NCBI GenBank assembly: GCA_037189525.1
Contig: JBBCJC010000005.1
Span: 1,088,001-1,152,000, forward strand
Direction of reading: 5' to 3'
Length of the DNA: 64,000 bases
Source of the DNA: Gemmatimonadales bacterium
GTDB lineage: Bacteria; Gemmatimonadota; Gemmatimonadetes; Gemmatimonadales; GWC2-71-9
A program made the translations under genes and the position numbers. How positions within the stretch are numbered: position 1 is the first letter of the stretch; the number at the start of each line of letters is the position of its first letter. Positions 1 through 10,025 of this stretch are shown in pieces. The notes beneath the pieces are model-generated. The model was not told the origin of the DNA. It worked only from the letters and a program-made list of their open reading frames with translations, and ran no database searches.

Positions 1-55
1 GATTGTAAGAACGACGAACGACCGCACCATGCACGCACGTCCGAATTTCAGCCGC

Positions 56-93
56 AAACAAAAGCGGCGCGCTCCCGAAGGAACGCGCCGCTT
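56..93 (-). terminator. Rho-independent terminator downstream of glmS
   Basis: Minus strand reads AAGCGGCGCGTTCC-TTCG-GGAGCGCGCCGCTT followed by a T-rich run, about 20 nt after the glmS stop. Confidence 0.85.
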
Positions 94-113
94 CAATGCC
101 ACTGGAGAAGTCG

Positions 114-1940
114 TTACTCGACCGTCACACTCTTGGCGAGATTCCGAGGCTGGTCGACGTTGCATCCACGCAGCACGGCCACATAGTACGAGAAGAGCTG
201 CAGCGGCACACTGGCGAGAATCGGCGTCAGCAGGTCGTGCGTCGCCGGCAGGGGGAAGGTATCCTCCGCCAGTTTGCCGATCTCGACATCTCCCTCGGTC
301 ACCAGCGCAATGACACGCCCCTTACGCGCCTTCACCTCTTCGACGTTGGAGACGATCTTCGAATAGACCGCGTCCTTGGGCGCAATGATGACGACCGGCA
401 TGTTCTCATCGATCAGCGCGATCGGCCCATGCTTCATCTCGGCCGCCGGATATCCCTCGGCGTGGATGTACGAAATCTCTTTGAGCTTGAGCGCGCCCTC
501 GAGCGCCACCGGGAAATTGACACCGCGTCCGAGATAGAGGCAGTTGGTGGCCTGATGGTAGCGCTTGGCCAGCTCTTCGATTTCTTCCGACCGAGCCAGG
601 ATCTGGCGGATTTGATCGGGCAGGCGATTGAGCGCCGAGATGAATTCACGCCCCTGCAGCAGGCTCAGGTTCTTGAGCCGCGCCATGCGGAGCGCCACCA
701 TCGCGAGCGCCGCGACCTGACTGTTGAACGCCTTGGTGCTGGCGACGCCGATTTCCGCGCCGGCGCGCAGGTAGAGCCCGCCGTCGACTTCGCGCGCGAT
801 GGTCGATCCGACCACGTTGACCAGACCGATGACCCGGGCGCCACGCCGCTTGGCTTCACGAATGGCCGCGAGGGTGTCCGCCGTTTCGCCCGACTGCGAA
901 ATCGCAATGACGAGGCAGCGATCATCGAGCACCGGATTGCGATACCGGAACTCGGAGGCGTACTCGACCTCGACCGGCACCCGCGCCAGCTCTTCGATCA
1001 TGTACTCGCCGATCAACCCGGCGTGCCACGAGGTGCCGCAGGCCGTGATGATGATCCGGTCGAAGCGCTTGAGTTCGTCGTCGGACAGATTGAGTCCGCG
1101 GAGCCGCGCCGTGCCCTCTTCCTCGAGCAGGTGACCGCGCAGCGTATTCCAGAGGCTGTCCGGCTGCTCGAAAATTTCCTTGAGCATGAAGTGTGGATAG
1201 CCGCCACGCTCGATGGTGGCGAGATCCCACTCGATCTGATTGACCGTCTTGGCAACGTGCGTCTGCGTCAGATTGCGCACCCGGTAGCCGTCACGCTTGA
1301 GCACGGCCATTTCGCCGTCATCGAGATAGATGACCGAGCGAGTGTGCTCCAGAATGGCGGACGCATCGGACGCAACGAAGTACTCGCCTTCGCCGACGCC
1401 GACCAAGAGGGGCGAGCCGTTACGCGCAGCAACCAGCGTTCCCGGTTCCTCCGACGAAATCACCGCGATACCATAGGCGCCTTCGACGTCCCAGAGGGCG
1501 TTGGCCACGGCCTCTTCGAGGTCGCCGGTGTAGTACTCGCCGATCAGATGGGCCAGCACCTCGGTGTCGGTTTCCGACTGAAAGGTGTGGTTGCGCATCT
1601 GCAACGCCTTCCGAATCGTGGTCGCGTTCTCGATGATCCCGTTATGGATCACCGCGATGCGACCCGACTGATCGAGGTGCGGATGGGCATTGTGTGTGGT
1701 CGGCGCGCCATGGGTGGCCCACCGGGTGTGCCCGATCCCGACGGTACCTTCGGGCGCGCCCGACTTGAGCTGCTCGGTGAGCACCGAGAGCTTCCCGGCC
1801 GCTTTCCGGACTTTGACGCCGGCGCCATTGATGACCGCGATCCCGGCGGAGTCGTACCCGCGGTACTCCATCCGCTTGAGACCGTCGATCAGGATGCTGC
1901 CCGCTTGCCGCGGTCCCACGTATCCGACAATTCCGCACAT
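114..1940 (-). CDS. glmS: Glutamine--fructose-6-phosphate aminotransferase (isomerizing)
   Basis: Starts MCGIVGY (ATG at 1940); motifs GHTRWATHG, SQSGETADT, GVASTKAF; C-terminus PRNLAKSVTVE. Confidence 0.98.
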   Translation of the reverse strand: MCGIVGYVGPRQAGSILIDGLKRMEYRGYDSAGIAVINGAGVKVRKAAGKLSVLTEQLKSGAPEGTVGIGHTRWATHGAPTTHNAHPHLDQSGRIAVIHNGIIENATTIRKALQMRNHTFQSETDTEVLAHLIGEYYTGDLEEAVANALWDVEGAYGIAVISSEEPGTLVAARNGSPLLVGVGEGEYFVASDASAILEHTRSVIYLDDGEMAVLKRDGYRVRNLTQTHVAKTVNQIEWDLATIERGGYPHFMLKEIFEQPDSLWNTLRGHLLEEEGTARLRGLNLSDDELKRFDRIIITACGTSWHAGLIGEYMIEELARVPVEVEYASEFRYRNPVLDDRCLVIAISQSGETADTLAAIREAKRRGARVIGLVNVVGSTIAREVDGGLYLRAGAEIGVASTKAFNSQVAALAMVALRMARLKNLSLLQGREFISALNRLPDQIRQILARSEEIEELAKRYHQATNCLYLGRGVNFPVALEGALKLKEISYIHAEGYPAAEMKHGPIALIDENMPVVIIAPKDAVYSKIVSNVEEVKARKGRVIALVTEGDVEIGKLAEDTFPLPATHDLLTPILASVPLQLFSYYVAVLRGCNVDQPRNLAKSVTVE

Positions 1941-1942
1941 AG

Positions 1943-3310
1943 TTACAGGCCCTGACAGGTTGCGATGAGTTCCTGCGCCAAACCCTCTGTGGGTGCCTCG
2001 GCGATATACCGGATGATCGGCTCCGTCCCCGATGGGCGAACATGCACCCACCGATCCGGCCACGAGAGCCGGAGACCATCTCGCGTATCGGCCTCCGCAT
2101 CCGGGAACCGGCTCCGCAGCGCCGGGTACAGAACGTCCAAGTCGATGCCCCGTGGGGACTTGGCTTTGACGATCTTGTACCGTGGCGCCGCTGCAACGAT
2201 CTGACTCGGTCGTTGCGCCGTCGCCGCAAGGTGCTGCAAGATCAGCGCCACACCCAAGGGTGCGTCACGACCGATATGGAGCGCCGGGAGAATGACACCC
2301 CCGTTCCCTTCGCCCCCGATCAGGGCGTGCTCGGCCTTGATGGTCGCGGCCACATTGGCCTCGCCGACCGGAGCCCGCACAAACCGCCCGCCGGATTCCC
2401 GCGCCGCGTCTTCGACCACCAGCGAGGTCGAGAGATTGGCCACGACCACGGGCGTCACCCCGTCACGCCGGCTCGACGGATGGGCCAGGACGGCCCGCAC
2501 CGCAAAGGCCAGGGTATAGTCCTCACCGATCGCGTCACCATGTTCGTCGACCAGGGCGAGCCGATCGACATCGGGGTCCACCGCCATCCCGATATCGGCG
2601 CCCGACTCGCGCACCAGCCGGCTCAAGTCGCCCAGGTTTTCCGGAATCGGCTCCGGCTCATGCGGAAACCGGCCGTCGGTTTCCAGATGGATACCGATCA
2701 CCTCACAGCCAAGACGTTCGAGCAAGGCCGGAATGACACGCCCGCCGGCTCCCCGCACGCAATCGAGCGCCACCCGGAACCGCCGGCTCCGGATCAGCGC
2801 CGCATCGATCAGCGGCAGCGCCAGCACCGCATCGAGGTGCCGCACGATGGCGTCGGGGTCGGTGCGCACCGACCCGATTCCGTCCCATCCTCCACGCGGC
2901 ACGCCCTGCTCAGCAAGCTGCCGGACTACGGTACCCGCGGCCGCATCGAGGAAGATCCCGTCCGGACCGACGAACTTGAGCGCATTCCAGGCAATCGGAT
3001 TGTGGCTCGCCGTGATGATGAGCCCCGCCCCCGCGTGATGATGCTCGACCGCCAGCTGCACCGTGGGTGTGGGCACCACGCCGACATCGATGACATCCAC
3101 ACCGACCGACATCAGGCCGGCAATCGCGGCGTGAGTGAACATTTCCCCGCTGGTTCGGGCATCGCGGCCCAGCACCACGAGCGGCCGGCCGCTGGCACGT
3201 GCCCAGCTGCCGAGCGCCGCCGCGTGGCGGGCCACCAGTTCCGGCGTGAGGTCCGAACCGACCAGGCCACGCATGCCGGAGACCGAAATCATCAGGGTCG
3301 AAGAAGTCAT
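1943..3310 (-). CDS. glmM: Phosphoglucosamine mutase (alpha-D-phosphohexomutase family)
   Basis: ITASHNP phosphoserine loop, DPDVDR metal loop, GGEGNGG, VRPSGTEP; ends 2 nt before the glmS start. Confidence 0.88.
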   Translation of the reverse strand: MTSSTLMISVSGMRGLVGSDLTPELVARHAAALGSWARASGRPLVVLGRDARTSGEMFTHAAIAGLMSVGVDVIDVGVVPTPTVQLAVEHHHAGAGLIITASHNPIAWNALKFVGPDGIFLDAAAGTVVRQLAEQGVPRGGWDGIGSVRTDPDAIVRHLDAVLALPLIDAALIRSRRFRVALDCVRGAGGRVIPALLERLGCEVIGIHLETDGRFPHEPEPIPENLGDLSRLVRESGADIGMAVDPDVDRLALVDEHGDAIGEDYTLAFAVRAVLAHPSSRRDGVTPVVVANLSTSLVVEDAARESGGRFVRAPVGEANVAATIKAEHALIGGEGNGGVILPALHIGRDAPLGVALILQHLAATAQRPSQIVAAAPRYKIVKAKSPRGIDLDVLYPALRSRFPDAEADTRDGLRLSWPDRWVHVRPSGTEPIIRYIAEAPTEGLAQELIATCQGL

Positions 3311-3350
3311 GATTACGCTTTGATTGAAGTCGAAAATTGAGTCCGCCCCC

Positions 3351-4424
3351 TCACGACGAGGGCAGCAATGTGTCCAGATTGGGGAAGGCGCGTTCGAACG
3401 CCGCCACGACGTCGGGATCGAACTGATGCCCGGCGCAGCGGCGCAGTTCCTCCATCGCTTCCGCCGGACTGCGACAGGGACGGTAGGCGCGATTGGTCGT
3501 CATCGCATCGAACGCATCGACCACGCAGGCAATCCGGGCCACCATCGGGATCTGATCACCCTTGAGTCGGTCGGGGAATCCCGATCCGTCGAGCCGCTCA
3601 TGGTGAAAACGAACGATCTGGAGAACCGCCGGGTGATCCTGCCGGAGCGGCTCCAGAATCTCCTCGCCTTCGATGACGTGCTTCTGGATCTCCAGAAACT
3701 CATCCGGCGTGAGCGGCCCGGGCTTGTGCAGCACCGCATCGCGCGTGCCGATCTTCCCGATATCATGGAGGTCGCCGCCCAGGCGGATCTGATCGAGCAA
3801 TGCGCCGGTATAGCCGAGCACCAGCCCCGTTTTGACGGCGTACCAACTGACCCGCTGCGAATGGCCTCGGGTATAGACGTCTTTCTTCTCGAGCATCCGC
3901 ACGGCCATCTGGATCTGGCCCAGAAACTGTTCGCGGTTCTTGAGATCGAGCTCGCGCAGCTGGCGTTCGAGCCGTTCCTGGTAGCTCTGCTGCAGGTACC
4001 GGTTCTCGAGCACCAGGCGCCGCTTTTCGAGCGCCCGCTCGACCCGGACCCGGAATTCCTCGATCAGGATCGGCTTGGCCAGATAGTCGACGGCCCCTTG
4101 CTGCAGGGATTCCACCGCCGTGGTCACCTCGGCCACGCCGGTCAGCATCAGTACCGCCGTGTCCGGATGGCGCTTGACCAGCTCCTTGAGGAAGCTGATC
4201 CCGTCCATTTCCGGCATGTAGATGTCGCTGATCACGAGGGGGAGCCCCCCGGCTTCGGCGAGGATGCTGAGTGCCGCCCGGCCGTTCTCCGCCTCGAGCG
4301 GACTGACCCCGATGGCACGCAGCACCTTGCAAAGGGTCCGGCGAACTTGCGGATCGTCATCGACGACCAGCGCCTGGGCAGCACTGAGCGGTTCCGTCGG
4401 GTTGCCCGGATGGTGGTAGGTCAT
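3351..4424 (-). CDS. Response regulator with REC and HD-GYP domains (cyclic di-GMP phosphodiesterase type)
   Basis: N-terminal VVDDD...SDIYMPEMDG...AKP receiver; C-terminal HSQRV, LHDIGKIG, HHERLDGSGFP, DAFDAMTTNRAY. Confidence 0.92.
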   Translation of the reverse strand: MTYHHPGNPTEPLSAAQALVVDDDPQVRRTLCKVLRAIGVSPLEAENGRAALSILAEAGGLPLVISDIYMPEMDGISFLKELVKRHPDTAVLMLTGVAEVTTAVESLQQGAVDYLAKPILIEEFRVRVERALEKRRLVLENRYLQQSYQERLERQLRELDLKNREQFLGQIQMAVRMLEKKDVYTRGHSQRVSWYAVKTGLVLGYTGALLDQIRLGGDLHDIGKIGTRDAVLHKPGPLTPDEFLEIQKHVIEGEEILEPLRQDHPAVLQIVRFHHERLDGSGFPDRLKGDQIPMVARIACVVDAFDAMTTNRAYRPCRSPAEAMEELRRCAGHQFDPDVVAAFERAFPNLDTLLPSS

Positions 4425-4523
4425 TAGCGTCTAAGTTATTATCCCTGAACAGCTTCCTCAACGTGAAGAAGCTGGTCGACGAGGGTGGCCCCGCGAGGGG
4501 TACCCGCCTCCTATGCAAAAGCC

Positions 4524-5693
4524 ATGACCCGTCTTCGCGACCACGACAAAAGCCATCGCCCCGGCACCCGCGCCATCCACGCCGGCCGCATCGACGACCA
4601 GAATGCCGGCGCCATCATGCCGCCGATCTATCAGACGTCGACCTACCGGCAGGAGGGCCTGGGCCAGCACAAAGGCTACGAGTACGGTCGGACCCAGAAC
4701 CCGACCCGTGAGGCGCTGGAACGGAACGTCGCGAGCCTGGAAGGGGCCGAATATGGCTTTGCCTTCGGATCGGGCTCGGCAGCGCTCGATGCGGTGCTCA
4801 AGCTGTTCAAGGCGGGCGACCACATCATCTGCGGCGACAACGTCTACGGCGGCACCATGCGGGCCATGGTCCGGGTCTTCCAGCCGCTCGGCCTGACCTT
4901 CACGTTCGTCGACATGCGGGACCCGGAAAACGTGGCCCGAGCGGTGACGCCCGCGACCCGGATGGTCTTCTGCGAGACGCCGACCAACCCGATGATGTTC
5001 CTTGTGGACCTTGCGGCCATCGGCGACATCTGCCAGGCGCAGGGACTCCTCTTTGCCGTCGACAACACCTTTGCGAGCCCGATCTTCCAGCGCCCGCTCG
5101 AACTGGGCGCCGAACTGGTGCTGCACTCGACCACCAAGTTCCTGAACGGTCACAGCGACATGATCGGCGGGATCGTGGTCACCTCGCGCGACGACCTGGC
5201 CGAGCGGATCGGATTCCTCCAGAACGCGACCGGCGCCGTCCCCGGCCCGCTCGACTGCTGGCTGGCGCTCCGCGGCATCAAGACCCTGCCGGTCCGGATG
5301 GCCCGGCACGACAGCAACGGACGCGCGGTGGCCACCTGGCTCGCGGCCCGGACGGATATTCAGGCCGTCTATTACCCCGGCCTGATTTCGCACCCGCAGC
5401 ACGAGCTGGCCAAACGGCAGATGTCCGGATTCGGCGGGATGATCTCGTTCGAGGTGGGCGACGCCGCCCGAGCCCAGCGGATCGTCGGGGCCACCCGGAT
5501 CTTTGCCCTGGCCGAGTCGCTGGGCGGGGTGGAGAGCCTGATCGGTCACCCGGCCTCGCAGACCCATGCCTCGGTGCCGGCCTCGCACCGGCAGGCCATC
5601 GGGCTGACCGACAGCCTGGTCCGCCTTTCGGTCGGGATCGAGGAAATCGAGGACCTGATCGAGGACCTGGACCAGGCGATGGCTGCCAAGTAG
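4524..5693 (+). CDS. Cystathionine gamma-synthase/gamma-lyase family PLP enzyme
   Basis: PPIYQTSTY, YGRTQNPT, ETPTNP, VDNTF, HSTTKFLNGHSD (PLP Lys), AESLGGVESL, RLSVGIE. Start placed at ATG 4524. Confidence 0.93.
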   Translation: MTRLRDHDKSHRPGTRAIHAGRIDDQNAGAIMPPIYQTSTYRQEGLGQHKGYEYGRTQNPTREALERNVASLEGAEYGFAFGSGSAALDAVLKLFKAGDHIICGDNVYGGTMRAMVRVFQPLGLTFTFVDMRDPENVARAVTPATRMVFCETPTNPMMFLVDLAAIGDICQAQGLLFAVDNTFASPIFQRPLELGAELVLHSTTKFLNGHSDMIGGIVVTSRDDLAERIGFLQNATGAVPGPLDCWLALRGIKTLPVRMARHDSNGRAVATWLAARTDIQAVYYPGLISHPQHELAKRQMSGFGGMISFEVGDAARAQRIVGATRIFALAESLGGVESLIGHPASQTHASVPASHRQAIGLTDSLVRLSVGIEEIEDLIEDLDQAMAAK

Positions 5694-5775
5694 GCAGGAT
5701 TGAGTCCGGCGTGGTCCGCCGGAACCAACCGGCTACTTTTCGCGTACGGAACCGACCTTCAACGCCGAGCGCGTC

Positions 5776-6789
5776 ATGTCACTGCCCGCCCCCCGTACCC
5801 GGGTGACCTTTCCCGGAATCGCTCCGGTCTCCTGGGAGCACCCTGCCGACCGAGCCGCGCTGCAGTCCATGCGCGCGGTGCCCGGGTTCGAGGACGTCGT
5901 CCGCAAGGTCATCGCGATCCTGGGCGGCGAACGCGGCATCCGCCTGCTCTTCCAGGGCAACGCCGTCCGGGTCAGCCCGAAGCAGTATCCGCGGGCCCAT
6001 CAGCTGCTGGTCGAAGTCTGCACCACCTTCGACTGGCCCAAGGCGCCCGAGATGTACGTCTCGCAGACGCCGATCTTCAACGCCGGCGCCTACGGCGTCG
6101 ATGATCCCTTCATCGTGATTCATTCGGCCGCGCTCGAACTGCTCGACGATGAGGAGTTGCGCGCCCTGATTGCCCACGAGATGGGCCATGTGATGAGCGG
6201 CCACGCCCTCTATCACACCATCGCCGCGATTCTCTTTCTGGTCAGCCTCTCGGCGCTGCCCTTCCTCGCCGGCATCGCGCTCCTGCCGGTCAAGCTGGCG
6301 GTGCTCGAATGGTCCCGGAAGTCGGAGCTCTCTGCCGACCGAGCGGGTATGCTGGGCAGCCAGAACATCCTGGCGGCGCAGCAACTGTTCATGAAAATGG
6401 CCGGCGGCTATCGCGGCGCGCTCGAGTCGGGCCAGATGGACCTGAACGAGTTCATGACTCAGGCCAACGAGTACGCCGGCAGCAACGAAGGGCTCGACAT
6501 CATCTACAAGGCGCTCAACACGCTCGGCCTGACCCATCCGATGAACACGGTCCGCGCCGCCGAGATTCAGGCCTGGCTCGGTTCGGGCGACTACGACCGG
6601 ATCATCCGCGGCGAGTACACTCACCGCGGCGCCGAAGCCAAGGAGCGTTCGCTGGGCGACGACCTGAGCGCCGCCAAGAACTACTATCGCGATGCCGGTA
6701 AGGAAGTCGCGAGCAATGTGGCCGATGCCGCCAAGCGCGCGGCGCAAGCGGCCAAGGACGCCTTCACGAAAGCACGCAGCGGCACGTGA
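5776..6789 (+). CDS. M48 family zinc metallopeptidase
   Basis: NAGAYG, IAHEMGH (HExxH), hydrophobic segment, SELSADR, THP motif. Confidence 0.88.
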   Translation: MSLPAPRTRVTFPGIAPVSWEHPADRAALQSMRAVPGFEDVVRKVIAILGGERGIRLLFQGNAVRVSPKQYPRAHQLLVEVCTTFDWPKAPEMYVSQTPIFNAGAYGVDDPFIVIHSAALELLDDEELRALIAHEMGHVMSGHALYHTIAAILFLVSLSALPFLAGIALLPVKLAVLEWSRKSELSADRAGMLGSQNILAAQQLFMKMAGGYRGALESGQMDLNEFMTQANEYAGSNEGLDIIYKALNTLGLTHPMNTVRAAEIQAWLGSGDYDRIIRGEYTHRGAEAKERSLGDDLSAAKNYYRDAGKEVASNVADAAKRAAQAAKDAFTKARSGT

Positions 6790-8060
6790 GAATTTTCGTC
6801 GTCGGAAACGGGGGCCGAGAGCATGCACTGCTCTGGGCCCTCCAGCGGGAACTGCCAGACGCCACGCTCTATTGCGCCCCCGGCAACGCGGGCACCGCCA
6901 CCCTGGCCACCAATCTCCCCATTGCAGTCGATCGGCTCGACGAGCTCGCGGGCGCCGCCGTCGAGCGGAGGGTCGACCTCGCCATCGTCGGTCCGGAGGC
7001 GCCGCTTGCTCTGGGACTGGCGGATCGGTTCCGGGCGGCGGGCATTGCGACCTTCGGACCGAGCGGCGCCGCTGCGCAGATCGAGTCGTCCAAGGCGTGG
7101 GCCAAGGATGTCATGACGGCGGCCAACGTCCCGACCGCCACGAGCATGACGTTCGGCGACCTGGCAGGTGCGCTGGCCTATATCGATCGCCATGAGGAGC
7201 CGCTGGTCGTCAAGGCGAGCGGGCTCGCGGCGGGCAAAGGCGCCGTCGTCTGCGCCACGCGAGATGAAGCACGCGACGCGGTGCGCAGCATGCTGGACGA
7301 CCGGATCTTCGGCGAGGCCGGCGAGCTGGTGGTGGTCGAGTCGTTTCTCCAGGGCGAGGAGCTGTCCGTCTTTGCCGTGACCGACGGCCGGGACATTCGG
7401 CTGCTCCCGCCCGCGCAGGATCACAAACGCCTGCTGGCCGGCGACTTGGGCCCCAACACCGGCGGCATGGGCGCCTACAGCCCGGTCCGGCTCGCGACCG
7501 ACGCGCTGCTCGACAAAGTGCAGTCGCAGGTGCTCGAACCGACGCTGACCGAGATGGCGCGGCGGGGCGCGGCGTTTACGGGGCTGCTCTATGCGGGCTT
7601 GATGATCGACCGCGGTGGCAATCCCTCGGTCGTCGAGTTCAACTGCCGCTTCGGCGATCCGGAAACGCAAGTCGTATTGCCTCGGCTGGATGGCAGTCTG
7701 TTGGCGCTCCTCGAAGCGTGTGCGACCGGTCAGCATCTCCCGCCAGTCCGGGTCCGTGATATTGCCGCCGTCACCACGGTGCTTGCGGCCGCCGGCTACC
7801 CTGACAAACCGGAAAAGGGCGCTGCGATCGAGATTCCCGATGACCTGCCGGATACGGCCATGGTCTTTCATGCGGGAACGACCAGGGATGCCGACGGCGT
7901 GCTCCGCGTCAACGGCGGCCGGGTCCTGGCCGTGACGGGCACGGGGCCGACCTTTGCTGCTGCGCAGGCGGCGAGCCGCGCGGCGGCCGAACAGATCCAA
8001 TTCGCGGGCCGGCAATTTCGCGACGACATCGGATGGCGGGAGGCCGCCCGCACCACCTGA
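6786..8060 (+). CDS. purD: Phosphoribosylamine--glycine ligase
   Basis: GNGGREHAL, GPEAPL, KASGLAAGKG, QDHKR, GPNTGGMGAYSP, EFNCRFGDPETQ, NGGRVL. Confidence 0.97.
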   Translation: MRIFVVGNGGREHALLWALQRELPDATLYCAPGNAGTATLATNLPIAVDRLDELAGAAVERRVDLAIVGPEAPLALGLADRFRAAGIATFGPSGAAAQIESSKAWAKDVMTAANVPTATSMTFGDLAGALAYIDRHEEPLVVKASGLAAGKGAVVCATRDEARDAVRSMLDDRIFGEAGELVVVESFLQGEELSVFAVTDGRDIRLLPPAQDHKRLLAGDLGPNTGGMGAYSPVRLATDALLDKVQSQVLEPTLTEMARRGAAFTGLLYAGLMIDRGGNPSVVEFNCRFGDPETQVVLPRLDGSLLALLEACATGQHLPPVRVRDIAAVTTVLAAAGYPDKPEKGAAIEIPDDLPDTAMVFHAGTTRDADGVLRVNGGRVLAVTGTGPTFAAAQAASRAAAEQIQFAGRQFRDDIGWREAARTT

Positions 8061-8072
8061 CTCCGAGCATCG

Positions 8073-8894
8073 ATGCCTGAGCTGCCCGAAGTCGAAACCA
8101 TGGTCCGTGACCTCACGCCGCTCCTTTCGGGGCGGCGGATTCGCGATGTCCGCGTCGTGCGCCCCGATGTGCTCGACGGGGTTTCGGCGCGGGTACTCAC
8201 CACCGGGCTCACCGGCGCGACCGTCGCCAGCCTCGCACGCCGCGCCAAGAATGCCGTCATCGTCACCGATCGCAAGCGCCTGGTCATTCAACCCGGCATG
8301 ACCGGCGCGTTGTTCGTCAAACGGAGCCTCGATGCTTCGGACGAACGGTACGCGGTACTGCGCGCGGTACTCGACACGGGCGAGACACTCGTCTATCACG
8401 ACGTCCGCCGCTTCGGCACGATCCGATGGCTCGACCCGGAGGGCTGGAACCGGTTTTCGGACGAGTTTGGCCCGGAGCCGCTGGATCCGGCGTTCACGCC
8501 GGCCGTGCTAGCGGAGATTCTCGGGAGCTCGCGCGCGGCGGTCAAGAAAGTTCTGATGGATCAGAAGCAGTTGGCCGGGGTCGGCAACATCTACGCCAAC
8601 GAGGCGCTCTTCTACGCCGGTGTCGATCCGTCCAAGCCGGCGGACCGGGTGCCAGCCGACCGGATCGCGCCGCTGCACCATCACCTGGTCCGCATCCTGG
8701 GCGATGCGGTGGCTGCGCAAGGGAGCACCATCCGGGACTACCGGACCGGCACCGGCGAGCCGGGCAGCTTCCAGGGCTCGCTGGCGGTCTATGATCGCGC
8801 CGGGGAGCCGTGCCGCCAATGCGGAACGCCGCTGGCAGGTACGCACACCATCGACGGCCGGACCACGGTGTTCTGCTACCGGTGCCAGACCTGA
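8073..8894 (+). CDS. mutM: Formamidopyrimidine-DNA glycosylase (Fpg)
   Basis: MPELPEVET N-terminus, DVRRFG, AGVGNIYANE helix-two-turn-helix, C-terminal CxxC...CxxC zinc finger. Confidence 0.96.
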   Translation: MPELPEVETMVRDLTPLLSGRRIRDVRVVRPDVLDGVSARVLTTGLTGATVASLARRAKNAVIVTDRKRLVIQPGMTGALFVKRSLDASDERYAVLRAVLDTGETLVYHDVRRFGTIRWLDPEGWNRFSDEFGPEPLDPAFTPAVLAEILGSSRAAVKKVLMDQKQLAGVGNIYANEALFYAGVDPSKPADRVPADRIAPLHHHLVRILGDAVAAQGSTIRDYRTGTGEPGSFQGSLAVYDRAGEPCRQCGTPLAGTHTIDGRTTVFCYRCQT

Positions 8895-8895
8895 G

Positions 8896-9990
8896 ATGAC
8901 GACGACTCTGCTCCCGCCGACCACCGACCCGGCCGCACTTCGGCTCCGGGTCAAGGCGCTCGCGGAGCATCGTCCCGGTATCTACCGGATGGTCGATCCG
9001 CTGGGCCGGATCATCTATGTCGGGAAGGCCAAGCGGCTCAAGGCGCGGCTGCTCTCGTATTTCACGGCCCGGTTTCCGGAGGACAAGGCCGCGCGGATCC
9101 TCCAGGCGGCGGCCAACATCACCTGGGACTATCAGCCGAGCGAGTTCGCGGCCTGCCTGGCCGAGTTGCGGGAAATCCGGCGGATCCGGCCGGCGTTCAA
9201 CCATCAGATGAACCGGACCCGCCGGAATGCCTCATTCATCACCGTCTCCTCGGGGCCGGCGCCGCGCCTGGCGGTGACAGCATCCACCGGACGGACCGAT
9301 CTGCGCTACTTCGGCCCCTTCGCTTCCTCCGCACGGACGGCGGACGGGGTTCGGGTGCTGAACGACCTGCTCGGTCTTCGGGACTGCGCCGAGAAGATGC
9401 CGGTGGTCTTTCCGGGCCAGGGCGATCTCTTTGCCGAGCCGATGCGGGCGGGGTGCGCGCGCTACGAGTTCGGCACCTGCAGCGGCCCCTGCGCCGGGCT
9501 GGTCGAAGAGCGCAGCTACCGGGAGCGGATCGACGCGGCGGTGCGGTTTCTGAACGGGCAGGCGCTCCGTCCGATGGATCGGGTCGTCGATCAGATGACG
9601 AGCGCCGCCGATCGGGACGACTTCGAAGCTGCGACCCGCTGGCGCGACAAGTTCGAAAGCCTGGAGTGGCTGGTTGCGGCAGGCGCCCGTGCCCGGGCGG
9701 CGATCCATGCGCTGACGTTCGTATTCCGGGAGCCGGGCGACTTCGGGGATGACCGAGTCTACCTGATCCGGCACGGCCTGGTGCGCGCCGCCTATCCCTA
9801 CCCCACCACGCCGATCGAACGCGAGGCGTTCAAGGCGGTGGTCGATACCGAGATGCAGACCCCGCTCCCGGCCGCGGGACTGCTCGATCACGCCACGATG
9901 GACGAGATGCTCCTGGTGATGGCCTGGTTCCGACGTCACCCGGAGGCGTGGCGGCGAACCACACCGATCGAGCGCTGGCTGGCGGCCTAA
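8896..9990 (+). CDS. UvrC-like (Cho-type) GIY-YIG nuclease with Cys cluster and UVR domain
   Basis: PGIYRM...IIYVGKAKRLKARLLSYF, YFGPF, C..CxxYxxxxCxGPC, UVR-like 'MTSAADRDDFEAATRWRD'; about 364 aa, lacking the UvrC C-terminal half. Confidence 0.82.
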   Translation: MTTTLLPPTTDPAALRLRVKALAEHRPGIYRMVDPLGRIIYVGKAKRLKARLLSYFTARFPEDKAARILQAAANITWDYQPSEFAACLAELREIRRIRPAFNHQMNRTRRNASFITVSSGPAPRLAVTASTGRTDLRYFGPFASSARTADGVRVLNDLLGLRDCAEKMPVVFPGQGDLFAEPMRAGCARYEFGTCSGPCAGLVEERSYRERIDAAVRFLNGQALRPMDRVVDQMTSAADRDDFEAATRWRDKFESLEWLVAAGARARAAIHALTFVFREPGDFGDDRVYLIRHGLVRAAYPYPTTPIEREAFKAVVDTEMQTPLPAAGLLDHATMDEMLLVMAWFRRHPEAWRRTTPIERWLAA

Positions 9991-10025
9991 CCGGCGCCAG
10001 CTCGCTGACGGTATCGCCGGATCTG

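Noticed and set aside
1940..1945. glmS ribozyme upstream of glmS
   Set aside because: glmM ends 2 nt before the glmS start, leaving no leader.
96..1955. Long antisense ORFs (for example 96..1955, 25581..27755, 27632..29254, 44816..46756, 58229..59902)
   Set aside because: Shadow ORFs opposite well-supported genes, typical of high-GC codon bias; they contain no motifs.
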